Of a stretch of DNA of 64,000 nt, positions 14,198-28,023 are shown one piece after another. The DNA is from Eledone cirrhosa. Lineage: Eukaryota. The stretch is from assembly GCA_964016885.1 (NCBI GenBank), contig OZ024742.1, positions 135,160,001-135,224,000 on the forward strand, in the 5' to 3' direction. Under the pieces are notes generated by a model. The model saw only the letters and a program-made list of their open reading frames with translations, was not told where the DNA came from and made no database searches. The position numbers and the translations under genes were made by a program. Each line of letters begins with the position of its first letter. Position 1 is the first letter of the stretch.

Positions 14198-14370
14198 TGT
14201 GTGTGTGTGTGTGTAAATATATTACTTCGTTAACCTCTGTATTAACTCAACAACTATTTAGCTTTGACAGTGTTGTCCCACTCATGTATACTATTGAAGA
14301 TGAAAATAAAGACTGTAAACACTGGCTTATCTTTATAATTTAAAATTGATATACACTTCGATACTCTGTA
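13590..14370 (+). mobile_element. Heavily 5'-truncated PLE (GIY-YIG C-terminus + 3' UTR), not in the ORF track
   Basis: Manual translation ~13654-13833: WMKLSAAKTYSTGMSHCGLCDLELLYILKNVKRLLNNKLERSIFCRHR, matching CxLCxxE..LN..CxH of the other PLEs. Starts at (TA)n. Very degenerate HHR-like trace at 14285-14356. Confidence 0.75.
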
Positions 14371-14745
14371 CATGCCAAACTCTTACTTTTGCCTCATGAC
14401 AGCTAGTTTTACACGCCGTAACGTTAGATACATTATACCCCCACCTAAGTAATGTCAGGGTCTCCTCAAATAATTTATTAATAGCATTGTTGTAATTGTT
14501 GTTATTGTTCTAATTGAATGCCATTACTACTTCATATAGTAGCCTGTATATTCTTTCTTGCCTGTGTATTTTCTTCATTCTCGCATGCTCCGAAGATCTG
14601 ACTGGTTATAATTCTGTATTGGCGATCGAGTAACGTGAAAATAAGCGAATAGCGATCTCTAGACCTACCAGTTCCGAGAAACAATTGTCAGCTATGAGAT
14701 TAAAAACCTTTTTTGTATAGCAAACCATGTCAACCTTCTTTCCTG

Positions 14746-14802
<57 letters not shown>

Positions 14803-15065
14803 GATAGAGAGACAGATAGAGAAACTGCGATGTATGTGTATTTATGAATGTATAAGTGTCAGAACATACAAAAATCTAAATCGTTTTCAAATGCATTTGG
14901 ATTAGTATAATTCCTGGAGAGAATGTAGGTTCTGACGACGAAACAACCAGAATTTCCACATAATACCATTTCCTGCAGCCCCGTCTTACTCAGCCTACGA
15001 ATCTTACTATGTAAACACAGATACAGACGTACACACACACACTCACACACACATTTACATCTATA

Positions 15066-15118
<53 letters not shown>

Positions 15119-15233
15119 ATGTGTGTGTGTGTGGGTGTATTTCACTGAATATTAAGATCAAGTTTTCGGATTAAAAATGAATCATCTGCTTTATTAACAT
15201 ATCATCATGATGTTTTGAAACGTAATGTATATA

Positions 15234-15304
<71 letters not shown>

Positions 15305-15378
15305 GTATACATGTATATATATATTAATATATATGTATATATATTTATTTATTTATATTTATATTTATATGTATGTGT

Positions 15379-15479
15379 AAACGATATAGACGCATTACAT
15401 GCACCCACACCAACACAATCGCATGGCACATATAAGTACATACACACATATAAACATAAAAATACACACACATACACAT

Positions 15480-15547
<68 letters not shown>

Positions 15548-15641
15548 ATGTGTGTGCTTTTTATGTTTATATGTGTGTATGTACTTATATGTGCCATGTG
15601 ATTGTGTTGGTGTCGGTGCATGTAATGCGTCTATATCGTTT
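15379..15641. repeat. Fold-back: ~100-bp inverted arms around (TA)n
   Basis: AAACGATATAGACGCATTACATGCACC... vs ...GGTGCATGTAATGCGTCTATATCGTTT. Confidence 0.9.
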
Positions 15642-15863
15642 TTATTTTATGTTATTGCACAGAACTTAAAAGTGTTCAATGTAACGTTACTGGAATTTTG
15701 TAATCTTTTTTTTGTTAATTAAATTGCGACAAAAATGGATTACACGCAGAAAATGCCGTTTTTATATATTTTACTTATCATTGGATTTAGAAGATATTCG
15801 ATAGATTTATGAAGTTTAAACTTTCTATTCATGTTTTCTCTCATGCGACATATATATCTTTCT

Positions 15864-16088
15864 TTAACCCTTTAGCATTTACGTTAGTCTATATAAGCTA
15901 TTGTAATTTCGTGGTAAAGGCTTTATCTTACATAATTATCTCACATAATATCGAATCTATGAGATTTCGATATTATTTATTTTGCGAATAATAACTTAAT
16001 ATTGGTATAAGCGGCCGGTTATGGCTGGTTTGAACAGAAAGTGTTGAATTATGGTCGCATATGGCCGGTTTAAATGCTAAAGGGTCAA
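15864..16088. mobile_element. piggyBac-type MITE remnant
   Basis: TTAA|CCCTTTAGCATTTA ... TAAATGCTAAAGGG|TCAA: terminal inverted repeats starting CCC, with a TTAA target (right one mutated). Confidence 0.7.
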
Positions 16089-16576
16089 TACGCTAGGAAT
16101 AGAATGTGCATGTAAGCAAATAGGAATTATTTAGCTTTTTTTTTTATTCCTGATCGGTGTAGGTGAATATCTGTTATTTAGATATCAGATATGTTTGCTG
16201 CTTCTTCAGATAATTGTACCATATATGAATATGTTGTGTTTTGTCTTGATTCCCAAATTCCGAATGTGCTTTGGAACCGCTGTGGCCTATTCCAGGTAGT
16301 AATGGTGGGACACACTAAAAGAAAAGGATAACATACGTGATTCTTGTACATATTAGTGTTTGTGAAGGTGTTTCAAGAGAAAACATCATGTTGGTATATT
16401 AGGTAGCACTCACGCTTTCCTTCTTTACTTGTATTTAAGCTATCGACTATTCCGATCTTTTTATTATTAGACAGCAAAATTGAGGAATACTGCTCATTTT
16501 CTTTTAGAAAAATAGTTTATCCTTTCTTTTACGCTTTTATAAGGGTGCACCAAATAGTTTGGCATTATTTTCCGAA

Positions 16577-16674
16577 GCCGAGGTTGACTTTGTCTTTCAT
16601 CCTTACGGGGTCGATAAAATAAAATACCAGTAATGCACTGGTTAATTGCTGTCCTTGTGCCTAAAGTAGAAACA
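16577..16674 (+). mobile_element. 5'-truncated SINE (family A) with 13-bp TSD
   Basis: SINE body flanked by ATTATTTTCCGAA at 16564-16576 and 16675-16687. Confidence 0.88.
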
Positions 16675-17279
16675 ATTATTTTCCGAAAAATTTGAAGATA
16701 TAAAATTGATTTTTAATTGTATTTAATGTGCATCAATATTTTAGTAGGACAGGTTTCGTATAGAGTACTGAGTTTATTCAAAACCAAAAACAATCGTAAG
16801 CAGTGTCTTGTATTACAAATGCATTAACTGAAAAGTAAAATAATTTCAGGGTAATTAATGTTAAGTAAGAAACTTTCAATTTTAAATATAATATTTCTTT
16901 TCTTTGCTATTACTTCTCTGTTCCTTTTATATATGTATAATTAAGTTGAGGATAGCAATATGGTTCATTCATGTTTTGATTCTTCATTGGATTACAAACA
17001 TTTCGATAGCTGGTGCAACCTCATTTCTTGTAAGTATATCTTATGGTATCTAACACAACGCGTTGCTGTGTTCTTTGAGTGTTAAAAATACGGGCTAAAA
17101 TCTCAAAGCACCGTTTTTCACGTTAGTAGAATTTTGAAATTTTAGATTCATTCCTGTGTAATTTTCAGATCAAGATGACTGGAATTCATTTACCTCTCGT
17201 TAATCTCTAATATAAACTCTATTATACTCTGAGGTAGCTTTTGATGCACATTTGTAAGGATAATATTTTTGGTAATATA

Positions 17280-17400
17280 TTTTTAAGGTCGAATCGTATA
17301 TAATAGAAAGTCCATTGCTAGAACAGATATCTAGCAAGGCTTCTCCATTCGTGTGTGCCGTGTGACTTAGATCTCTGGAAATGCAATCGGGAGGGATAAT
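17280..17400 (-). pseudogene. LINE AP-endonuclease fragment
   Basis: NGEALLDICSSNGLSI matches the APE NG..LL..C..N.L.I motif. Confidence 0.45.
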
Positions 17401-17499
17401 ACCAATGTTCAACAAGGTGAATAAGAGTGATTGTTCCTATTACATAGGGATGTTTTGTTAAGCCTCCCCGGTAATGTCTAAGCTACGTCACTGGCAAAG

Positions 17500-18762
17500 A
17501 GATGCAGGCAAAGAGATTCAGGAAAATTGTCGAGTCCAAGCAAGTTTATGAATATTGCAGTTTTCGCAACGGACGCAGCACAGCCGACCAAATATTCACG
17601 CTGCGACAGGACACCAAGAAATTGTGTGAGTATTGCTACACGTCGATCTTGAAAGGCACATGACTGGGTTCCTCGAGATTGCTGTAAAGGTTCTGAAGGA
17701 GTATGGGATTGATAGTCAGCTTCTTCCTGCCCTAATGTTTCTATACGAAATCCTCAGTATTTGTATTCGGATAAATGGTCCTAAATCGAAATCATTCAAA
17801 GATGAAGTCGGACTCCACCGTACGTGCGTACTGTCAACTCGCATGTCTAGTATTAACATGAATATAATTGACATGCACAGCTGGATTAGAAGTGGAATCA
17901 TGACTGGTGGGTGTTATATCAGTAGGCTGGGATTTGCAGTCAACAGAGTGTTACTTAACTCAAAAGAAGGTGATCTCTGACCTGCTCTCGGTAGGTTTGA
18001 TGCCGAATGCTCCATGGCTGCATCGAAACTCACTGATTTCTCGTCACAAGGAGGCCTGCGGAGTTCACTGTACATGGGAATGGAGTTCAACAAAATAAAG
18101 AATAGAAGTTCAAGTTCATTGATGATAGAATGCAGGAGGCTGAATTAAGTGTAATAATTGCAGGAGGTGGTGCAGTATTTCACCAGCTACAGCATTCGGT
18201 AATCACAATAATGGAGATAGGCGCAGAAACCAAACTCGCTATTTTCAATTCAGTATTCGTGCCAACCCTACCTATGGTAATGAATCGTGGCTAATGACCG
18301 AAATAATACGATCACGAATACAAGCGGCGGAATTGGAGTTCTTCCAAAGGATCGTTGGAGTAACGTTACTCTATAGAGCGCGTAGCTCGGAGATCAGAGT
18401 TTCACTCCAGGTAGAGCCGCTATGTATATGAATTCAGAGATCACAGCTCCGATACTATGGCAAAGTAGTTCAAATGTCTCAGGAAATAATCGCTGAACAG
18501 ATTTTAGGGGTAAAACCAACCGGTAGAAGACCAGGGGGTAGACCCCTAGCAAGAAGGTTGGATGACATCCATAAGCTTGACAACTCTCGCTTGGGGATCG
18601 AGCCGGGTCTGTTGGAGATGGTTGCTTCTGATAAGACCCGCTAAAAGAGGTGTTTGATGACTCTATACCCACGAACCTCTCAGGAAGAAGAAGAAGAAGA
18701 AGAAGAAGAAGAAGAAGAAGAAGAAGAAGAAGAAGAAGAAGAAGAAGAAGAAGAAGAAGAAG
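17500..18762 (+). mobile_element. RTE-clade LINE, decayed 3' part (RT) with (GAA)n tail
   Basis: DQIFTLRQ, VDL, VGLHRTCVLS (a GLRQGCVLS-like motif), VFVPTL-YGNESWLMT..RSRIQAAELEF across frameshifts; (GAA)n at 18684-18762. Confidence 0.8.
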
Positions 18763-20736
18763 AATTATTATGTATATCAGGTTTTCTGTCGAACGTGCCT
18801 TGCAGTGATCCACATGCTCTCATGTTTTGATGTATTCACTTTTATACTTTGCTAATTTTATTTGATGGTTAGAAATGGTAAGCTAAGCTCTACCTTCTTC
18901 ATCTTTTGTTTGACGTATGTGCATAAGTACTCAATCAATTGGTTTCACCACACGAGAAAAAAGACTGAATCATGTCACACACGTGTGCCGGTAAATGAAT
19001 TAGTGTTAAAGTTAGTGTTGGTGGTAGGAGTTGATGTAGTAGTTTTGCAACTGAATTCCGAATTTTCTTAATTAAAGAGAAAAAATGTCAATCTGACCAA
19101 CACTTTCATGTATCGTCTAGTACCGTGGAAAAAAATGACACAAAGAATTAACAATAAAAGACGGCGTCCATCTCTGAACAGACATTTATTTCTTCCTGCT
19201 TATAACAACCTGTCAAAATATAATGCCACTTAATCCGATCAATGTTTGTTTTTTGTTTGTTTGTTTGTTTTTTTACATCAGAACATCCACCTTTGCTCTC
19301 AAGTTAATGAGCATTTGATCCGACAGATTTCTAATCACAATTCATTCATTTGGTTCCAGAAAATATTATTTTCACCGTCGCCAACAGGCAAAGGAAACCT
19401 GTCTTATGTGCTACTACTCCTAGGAGCTAAATGTTTGATGAAGTATTATATTATTAATGGTCTCGAATTATAGCCATATACGTATTGTGACTATTTGAAA
19501 ATTGTTCACATGTAAGCAGATTTCGTACACTTGAGAATTGCTAGGAGAATGATTTAGTCTATCAACGCATCTCGACCTATGTTTCGTATCTCAGAGGTTG
19601 TCCCACCTTTGTTATACCCTCGATAAGAGCGTAGCTGCTATTTTCGACACTGGCTTAGTTGTTATTTTCGATGCTCTCCGTCCGAAAGCTGATGTCAGTG
19701 AATTGTCTACAACAACGCGAACGGCCAGACGAGTTAGCATAGTCAGATGAAAAAGGGGGCAATTATATATTACAAAAACATTGTATGCTTATCAAACTTT
19801 GTGCAGCCTCTCGAAGATAACGACTTCTCGGGCCATATTGTGTAAGTCCAACCATTATGTGCCCAACCTCGTCTCGGTATGTATGCCAAGGCATCAACAG
19901 TATATGTTAGAATATATGCTATAACAACAAGAGTTGTTAGGGTATGTGCCATAGCAACAATAATAGCAATTAGAACATGTTCCATGTCAACAATAAAAAT
20001 AGCAGTTTTTTATTGCATTATAGCGACAACATCAGCTGTTTGTTTTTTTGCGCCATAACAAAGATATAATGATAGTAGTTAACGAATGTTCCTTAACAAC
20101 AACAGCAGACATCAGTGTATTTGTAATGGCAACACCAACAACTATATTCCTATCAGTTGGCTCGCGAGCCGTAGTAACAAGAACAACAGGCTATCACAAT
20201 ACAAATAATAAATTAAAAAAACCAGATATTCTACAATTGCCATCATCATCAGTAACATAATTTGGAGGAACAGATGCGGAAGTAACAACAGCGATAAGAA
20301 TTGGAAACGTTAAAAACAATGCAGCAACATCACCAGCAAGTAAACAACAACAACTAAACCAATGAGACAGATAATGACATAAACATGCTAGAATATTCTA
20401 CTAAAAGTAGCAGTCAACAATCTCTCAACACTAACCGTAACGTTTGAATGCATGGTTTGATACATTCGTTAATGTGGTCTCCTGATATACAAAGATACAC
20501 GAAGGGCCACTACTGGAAGATTTCTTTATTAGACTTGCTGGCTGTTGAAACGTAAGTTGGTCAACAAAGATAATAAATAAAGCATGAAAACCAACAACAG
20601 CAACTTTGTTTACACTAAGTTTAAAAAAAACCCAAGTATCTAAAATGCTAACACGCAGTAGTGTTAATAAGAGCGGAAAATATAAGCCAGTAACAAAAAC
20701 AACAGCAACTATGATAGTCAAAATATCTCTAATTAT

Positions 20737-21860
20737 AATGATTTCATTTATTGGCCACAGGGCCCACATATAGGGGACAATACAAGAGACTGGGACAGTG
20801 GGGTTTTACAGAAAAATCGAGTAAACAATATGAATAACAATAACAAAGTAGCAATAAAAATACAACGAGAAAAATTCCCCAATAGGTGGGATGACCACCC
20901 AGGGTTCGCTCAGGTACCCCACCAATCCTGAACGATCCGACGCTTCGCGAGCACCCTGGAAAGGCACCTTCTCCTCCTCAAATTTACCCACCTACAGGCG
21001 CATGACCAGAGTAGGCCCACTCACACGGGCCATTCTTGCCGCTTTCACCCACCTTTCAGCAAATGTACTGGAGGCAGCACTTCTCTCTCCACCCTCACTT
21101 TCCTTTCCAAGTGAAACTTGAAAAAGTTGATGTGGGATTGGCCGAAGAGAAAATTGTCTGTCTTCAATCCTTTCAGCCTCGTCCACCAAACAACCTCTTT
21201 CTCTAATGCCACCAGACAGAGCAACATTGCCTGCCCTTCCTGGCCAAAACTAGGCGGCTCGATCTTGACTATGGACTCGGCCAATAGCCGGATCCGTTCC
21301 ACACGCGACAACAGCTGTTCGACATAACTCCACAAGTCAGTCATGCACGGACTGGACGTGTGCGTGCAGAACGGTTTCGTCGCTCTGCGCGTTTCTCGGG
21401 CAGGTCCGCCTGACAGCACTTCGTGCCTGTAGAGTTTATTTCGAACTGGCAGTGCCCCCCGGTAGCACTGCCAAGCGAGGGATTTTTCGAAATTATCCAT
21501 CGTCCCCGGCTGGAAAGTCCTCTGGAACAGACTGGTTAGTTCAAATTCGTAGACGTCCTGAGCCTCTTCGAGTGAGTCGTCGCACTTGCCCATCACTAAT
21601 CCTCTATAGAACTCGAGAGTGGAAGTTCCTCTGACCGCATTGCCAGCCTGGTAGAGGGGAGTGAGTGCCTGGCAACATTCCAGATGCTAGTCACTCAGTC
21701 TCGGCCTTTTCTTGACCCAGGACTGAAGCTCAGTCAAAGAGACGAGCTGCGGAAAGGCACGTCTGTCAAACGGCGACCACACCTGTTCACCGTTTAGGCA
21801 GAATATCTGGAGATGCCGCTGCCTCACCGCGTTTCTGCGCATCATTAGCCATGCTGCTGC
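20737..21860 (-). mobile_element. L1/Tx1-like LINE 3' fragment (zf-RVT region + 3' UTR)
   Basis: KSLAWQCYRGALPVRNKLYRH, KEVVWWTR, FAERWV; GC-richer than flanks; AATAAA near the 3' end. Confidence 0.78.
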
Positions 21861-21908
21861 TATAATAATAAAAATAGTAGCCAAAGAATGCAACATCAAA
21901 ACCAAATA

Positions 21909-22091
21909 TGTTTCTACTTTTAACACAATGTCAGAAATCTAAAGGGGAGTGGAAAATCGATTAAATCGAGTCCAGTTCGCTACTGGTATTTTAGCCTATC
22001 GACCCCCGTTAGGTTGAAATACAAATCGAAACTCGTGATTTGAAGTCATGCTGTAAATCCGACGCTCAATTGATACTACCAATCCACGCTC
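21909..22091 (-). mobile_element. Diverged SINE related to family A
   Basis: TGTTTCTACTTT..ACTGGTA..TATCGACCCC..GATTTGAA..CCAATCCAC. Confidence 0.6.
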
Positions 22092-22514
22092 TGACAAATA
22101 TAATAGTAACTAAAAAATCAAATAATAAACAACTACATACATGGCGGTATGTCCTGGGTATGACATTAAACTACATCCAGTGGCAAGGCTCCAGTTCTGG
22201 AGTTCGGGAGTTCAGGGGCTGTGGGGAATGTGGAGGTTCCCCTTAGTTGTCTTAACTCCCAGGTATGTTCTGGTCCGGAGTAGTAGTACATGTTAGGGCC
22301 CCATTTATGGGTTAAATAATTACTTTATTCGAGTGGCACCGGTAAGGTATTATCAGAACATTTCGGGAATTTTACCCGCCCTAGATAGATACATGGCGGT
22401 TACAATAATAACAAAACATTAATAACAACAACAGAAACAGCTACATGTGACAATATCTCAGTGGCAACTGTACAACGGTGCATTGAGTGATTAACCTAGT
22501 GTTCACTGTTCATC

Positions 22515-22990
22515 AGGCCAAATAGGGTAAACTATCGGAATATTGATTTCTCTCCGATATGCTAGTGGTCGAAACTGCAGCAATGAACTTTTCCCGGGTA
22601 CTTAGTCCCCTGACCACATATCTAGTTTCTGCTATCGGGGTAGAGTTAGCTAACCGCAGGAGTGAGCCCTGAGCGTTGGGATAAATATTCCGACTCGTCT
22701 CCATCACCAGCCTCCGAAGTAACGTTTTCTACATTCTGTTTGCCGTGGCCACAACATGATTTACACAAGACACATACACCCCGCCTTAGAGAACGCGTAC
22801 CTATTCCCTCCCGGCCCCCGTCAACGGGGCAGCGATGCCTAGTCGATCAACTGTAAAATTGGCTGAAATCACCGAAGCAGATGGAGGAAACTAACTCTCC
22901 GTTATTGATCTGCTGTGTGGAACGTCTCTTCCTTTACAGTCCCTGGTTTGTCCATGGACATTACCCATCTTCTCATATCACTCTTTATAT
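22515..22990 (-). pseudogene. Possible L1/Tx1 ORF1/ORF2-junction remnant
   Basis: VRGLSTREK and IAAVS resemble APE N-terminal NVRGL and xxQ/SET motifs; GC-richer; same orientation as 20737-21860. Confidence 0.35.
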
Positions 22991-23039
22991 ATAGGACTCT
23001 TGATAAATAGCAATTCACTCATTCATTCACTAGAACAAT

Positions 23040-24619
23040 ATACTACAGCAACATCAACTAGACTAATAATGTCTGCAAAATAACAGTAACTATAATAGTA
23101 ACAACTACTAGAGTAATAACTGTATCAACAATAGCTACAATAAGTAAAATAACAATTATAATAGTAACATATATGAAGCACAATACGGCGACTATATAAG
23201 TAAGAAAGACTAACAATAAGACCAGGAATAACAACAGTAGTAAAAGAAAAAAATAACAGGAACAACTACAAATACATCATCTTCAACATCAATATCAACC
23301 ACTACAGTAGTAATAACATCTATAGTAGTAACATAACAACTGAAATAACAAAAACAATTGCAATACCGATAATGATAGCAGTATAAACAATGATATTAAT
23401 ATCAAGAATTGTGGTAGTAACAAGAAAGATAGCAAAGTCTACAGTAGCAACAATAACATTAACATCAGCACTAGCAACAACATCTACAATAATATATTTA
23501 ACGAATATTGATTTCTGATATAGGCACCAAGAAATTAAGTCGATTATATCGACAAAAACATGCTTGTGGTCATATCACCTACAAGAAATAGCAAGTAAAG
23601 TTCTCCAAAATCACATCCCACTGCCATATTAGATTAGGAAATATGTTTTGCAAAAAAAAAAAATTATAATAAATGTTTCTACTTTGGGCACAAGGCCAGC
23701 AATTACCCAGTACATTACTGGTACTTTTATTTTATCGACCTCGTAAGGATTAAAGGCAAAGTGAACCTCGGTGGGAAAATTATATTAATTGTTTCTACTT
23801 TAGGCACAAGGCCAGCAATTAGCCAGTGCATTACTGGTACTTTATTTTATCGACCCCGTAAAGATGAAAGGCAAAGTCAACCTCGGCAGGATTTGAACTC
23901 AGATCGTAAAGGGACGTAACTATGCTGGAAAGCATAATAATAATAATGTGATGGCTGGAACCATGTTGATCATATATCTGCTCAATCGGGACTAATTAGC
24001 GTCCACTAGAGTAAGGCGCAAACAAACGGTAGCAGTAACAAGTGAAAAAGTAACAACTACAGACACTACAACAACAAAATACACAATTACCATGGAGAAA
24101 ATCAACAACAACAATGGCAAAAGAGGAATTTTGAAGCAGTAACAACACAAACAGCAGCAGCTGTAACAACACAAACAACAGCAGCAGTTACAGCAACAGC
24201 ACCATCTCCATCACCATTATAATCAGCAGCAACAACAGTAGTAGAAGCAACAACAGTAGCACAAACAGCAACAACCACAATATCATCAGATGCAGTAGCA
24301 ATATGTATTGCAACAAGAGCAACACCAACAACCATATCAATAACAGCAGTTGAAGTAGTAATAATACTGATATCAATAGTAATAATATCAACAAAAACCA
24401 AAGCAACAATATCAGTAGCAGAAACAACATGAGTGGCACCAACTGCAACATCAACAACACAAGCAGTTGCAGCAGCAGCTGCTGCTGGTGCAGTGATTGC
24501 AGTCGTAATCGAAGATTTGGTATTGACTGTTTATCGGAGGTTTCGTTGGATCTTTTCTCTCTAATTCTTTCTTAATATATGATATATACACACACACGTA
24601 AGTGGGTAGGGGTTTACAT

Positions 24620-24654
<35 letters not shown>

Positions 24655-24666
24655 GACACACACACA

Positions 24667-24733
<67 letters not shown>

Positions 24734-27140
24734 CACTCCTTTTCCCTCGCTTATCTCTCCATATTTTTCCTTCTCTCACACTCTTATTTAGATTTCTATT
24801 CTCCCTTCCTTCTACAGCTGTCTCTAAACCATATATAACACATCGTGAGACATGTTTTTATTTACCGCCACACACATATACCTATTATCGTAGGCAGTCA
24901 CCAGTTATCGAACTACAGATTCAATACATTAGAACTTCCCAGGTATTATTCTACTACACTACTACACAACTATACTACTATACTCCTCCCACGCTGCACA
25001 ACTCGAACTGGAGAGTAGTAAACTTCTGCTACAATAGAACACAGCTCTATGCTAAACTTTTTACTACAACAGACTCGTTGCACATTCGCATAATCACAGT
25101 CGTTAAAACAACATTGCATTAAATTTCTACAACCATACAATATTACTAAAGTATGAAACATCGACGTGGTCGCACCACGGCTTACTAAAAACTACAACAA
25201 GCTCTTTTTCAAATCATATTCTGTTGTCTTAAGTAAAAAGAATGATCATATTAAATTAAGTAGCTGAAGTAAAAATTGGTCACAAATGGAAAGAGTTTTG
25301 ATTATATATCAACTTCATTGATCAGAACTGGCATGCAGCTAATCAAAATATTATATATGAAGCCTCTACGTGTTAGCTGCATCTGTGAGAAATAGCAGTC
25401 AAATCCACGCCTTCTCACAAAAATATAACACTCTGCTGTCATCAATAACGTAAGGCTACTTCAAAAATATCGTCTTCCTTATTATTAAAACGAGATGGGA
25501 ACGCCACAGATGGAATGCACATAAATATAGGTGATGGTTGACCTGGGGTTAAAGAAAAAACACTAGTAAACTGTAGTATTAATTCCGTGTGCAGAGATTC
25601 CACTACGTTTCTTTGAAAGTATAGCACACTACACACACATGGTGCACTACTATATTAGCGCTGCATTTAAGTGCAACATGCTTATACAACACTGCCATCC
25701 AACTCAACACTGCTTTTCTCTACACTTCCTGTAGTACTCTTGTTTTTGATACTACAACAACTACAACTACTATTACATATAGTATTGAAATTTACTATAC
25801 TGCAAATTCACTGCAACCAATAAAATCAACACCAAAATTGACAACTCTAACAACAACAACATCATCACTACCAGGAACCTGTATGTGGTCACACAATCTG
25901 ATCGAAGAAAAAACCTGAATATTTCTGAAACCTCAGCAATCGTATTGACTTAAAAACACAATAAAAAAGTGAACTTTGGATACTATTGTCTCAATTAATT
26001 TATGTGACTACACGATGTCATGGCCATGGTTGGAAAGCCTTCGGCCATATGTTTGCTATGTCTGATCTTACTTGGAGATACTCAATGACAGAAACATCAA
26101 TATAACAAAGATAACAGTATCATCAATATTCCCCAGTAAATAGAGGACTAAAGACACTAACATCAACAGCAACAACACCAATTATTACAACTGACTGCTT
26201 CAATGACTCCCACAACGAGATTTGTTTATAACAACAGCAACAACAACACTAACAGTAGCAACAGAAGTAACCTGTAGCAAAAACAACATAACATCAACAA
26301 CCACAAAAGTATAACCACAACGACAATAGTAATTTCAATAACAATAACATCTTCAGTAACAATACTAAGAACAATACTAATAAAAAAAAAAGCAACTTCA
26401 ACAAATAATTGGAGCAACACAGGAAACAATAATAACCACAGATAATATAACAACCAGACCAGCTGCACACTCAACAAACAGCAGATATCTCGGCCTCAAT
26501 GACTACCTCAACGGCCACACCAAATATAACGACCACAAAAATAACATATTAACTAACAAACACAGCAGCTATAACAACAAACTACAATAATAACATCAAC
26601 AATAATAACCACAGCAACAACAACAGTCTCAAAAAATAACAAAACAATATCAGATGACAAAAACGTGTAGTGATGTGACAATTTGAACATTCAGCAATAA
26701 CAAAAGCAACATTTACATCTGAGGCAACAAAAGTAATGAAACAACAACAGTCTCGTCAACAGACATATAGGCAAGTACAACAAAGGCAAAGCTTATACAA
26801 CAATAGTAATAGAAAATACAAGGGTAAAAGAGCAACAATAAATTAAAATGATCAATAACAATATAAACAAGTATTCAAGTCAAAAATAATAGAGATAATG
26901 AAAACAGAACAACAACATCACTATCAATAACTACATAAATAACAACAACATTAACAAATATATATAGCACGATAACGCGCAACAACAAATACATCAACAA
27001 CAACAACGATGATAGCGGAATCGAGGAATATCGGTGGACGTTGTTGGCGTGCAAGTCTCGTCGTCCTCCTCTCTATCTCATCAACACCTCCACCTCCACC
27101 TCCACCACCGCCGCCGCCGCCGCCACCACACCAATATTCG

Positions 27141-27190
<50 letters not shown>

Positions 27191-27430
27191 GTCATCGTCT
27201 TCATTATCGTCGACGTCGACACAATTATCATCGTCATCATCTGCAGTTCCAGCGCGCCGCCGCCAACAAAGTATGTCTACTACGCACTCGCTTCCGTTTC
27301 CGATTCCACCACCACCACGTACTGTGCCACCACCACTACCTCTACTGCTCTCACCACCTCATCCGACACCGCCCACACGTACGTCTTCCAACCCTACCAC
27401 ACCACTACTGCCACCACCACCATCTTTCTC
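23040..27430. repeat. Interspersed degenerate (AAC/AGC/AAT)n low-complexity tracts and (CAT)n/(CCA)n microsatellites
   Basis: Tracts at ~23040-23500, 24030-24500, 26100-27010, 27085-27430. Confidence 0.8.
23674..23932 (-). mobile_element. Two tandem SINE family A copies (23674-23775 truncated; 23790-23932)
   Basis: Both begin TGTTTCTACTTT.GGCACAAGGCCAGCAATT on the + strand. Confidence 0.88.
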
Positions 27431-27852
27431 AATGTTGTCCTTATTGTCTCTGTTGTTTTCTCTGTGCATGTTGGCTTTCATGGTCACCGTTTGCGGCATC
27501 AACCCCCAGCCACTATCAATATATTAATTGACTTTCCTTTTACCGACTCTGTATGCATGTCTATGTGAGTTTATGTGAGTGCTAGTGCACCTTTATGCAG
27601 GTGCACACATACACTCATATATATTTACACGAACACACACAGACACACACACACAATGTATAGAGATGTACATATATGTACATACATATACATAGAAATT
27701 AATAAATTGATTTGAAATACTGTTTGGTTTTTTCCCTAAATTAATATATATGTGTATATATATATATCTATTATATATATATATATATATATACATATAT
27801 GTGTGTGTATATTTATATATATATATATAAATGTATATATATACACATATAA

Positions 27853-27901
<49 letters not shown>

Positions 27902-27906
27902 CACAC

Positions 27907-27938
<32 letters not shown>

Positions 27939-27946
27939 TTATATAC

Positions 27947-28023
<77 letters not shown>

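Noticed and set aside
14285-14356. HHR-like trace at the end of the 13.6-kb PLE fragment
   Set aside because: Both core halves are altered (TTGAAGA, TAAA); position fits but not callable as a ribozyme
16540-17025. Possible Tc1/mariner TIRs (AGGGTGCACCA / TGGTGCAACCT)
   Set aside because: Match too short and imperfect; no transposase trace
27009-27568. Pro/Ser/His-rich ORFs in three frames
   Set aside because: Triplet microsatellite mosaic
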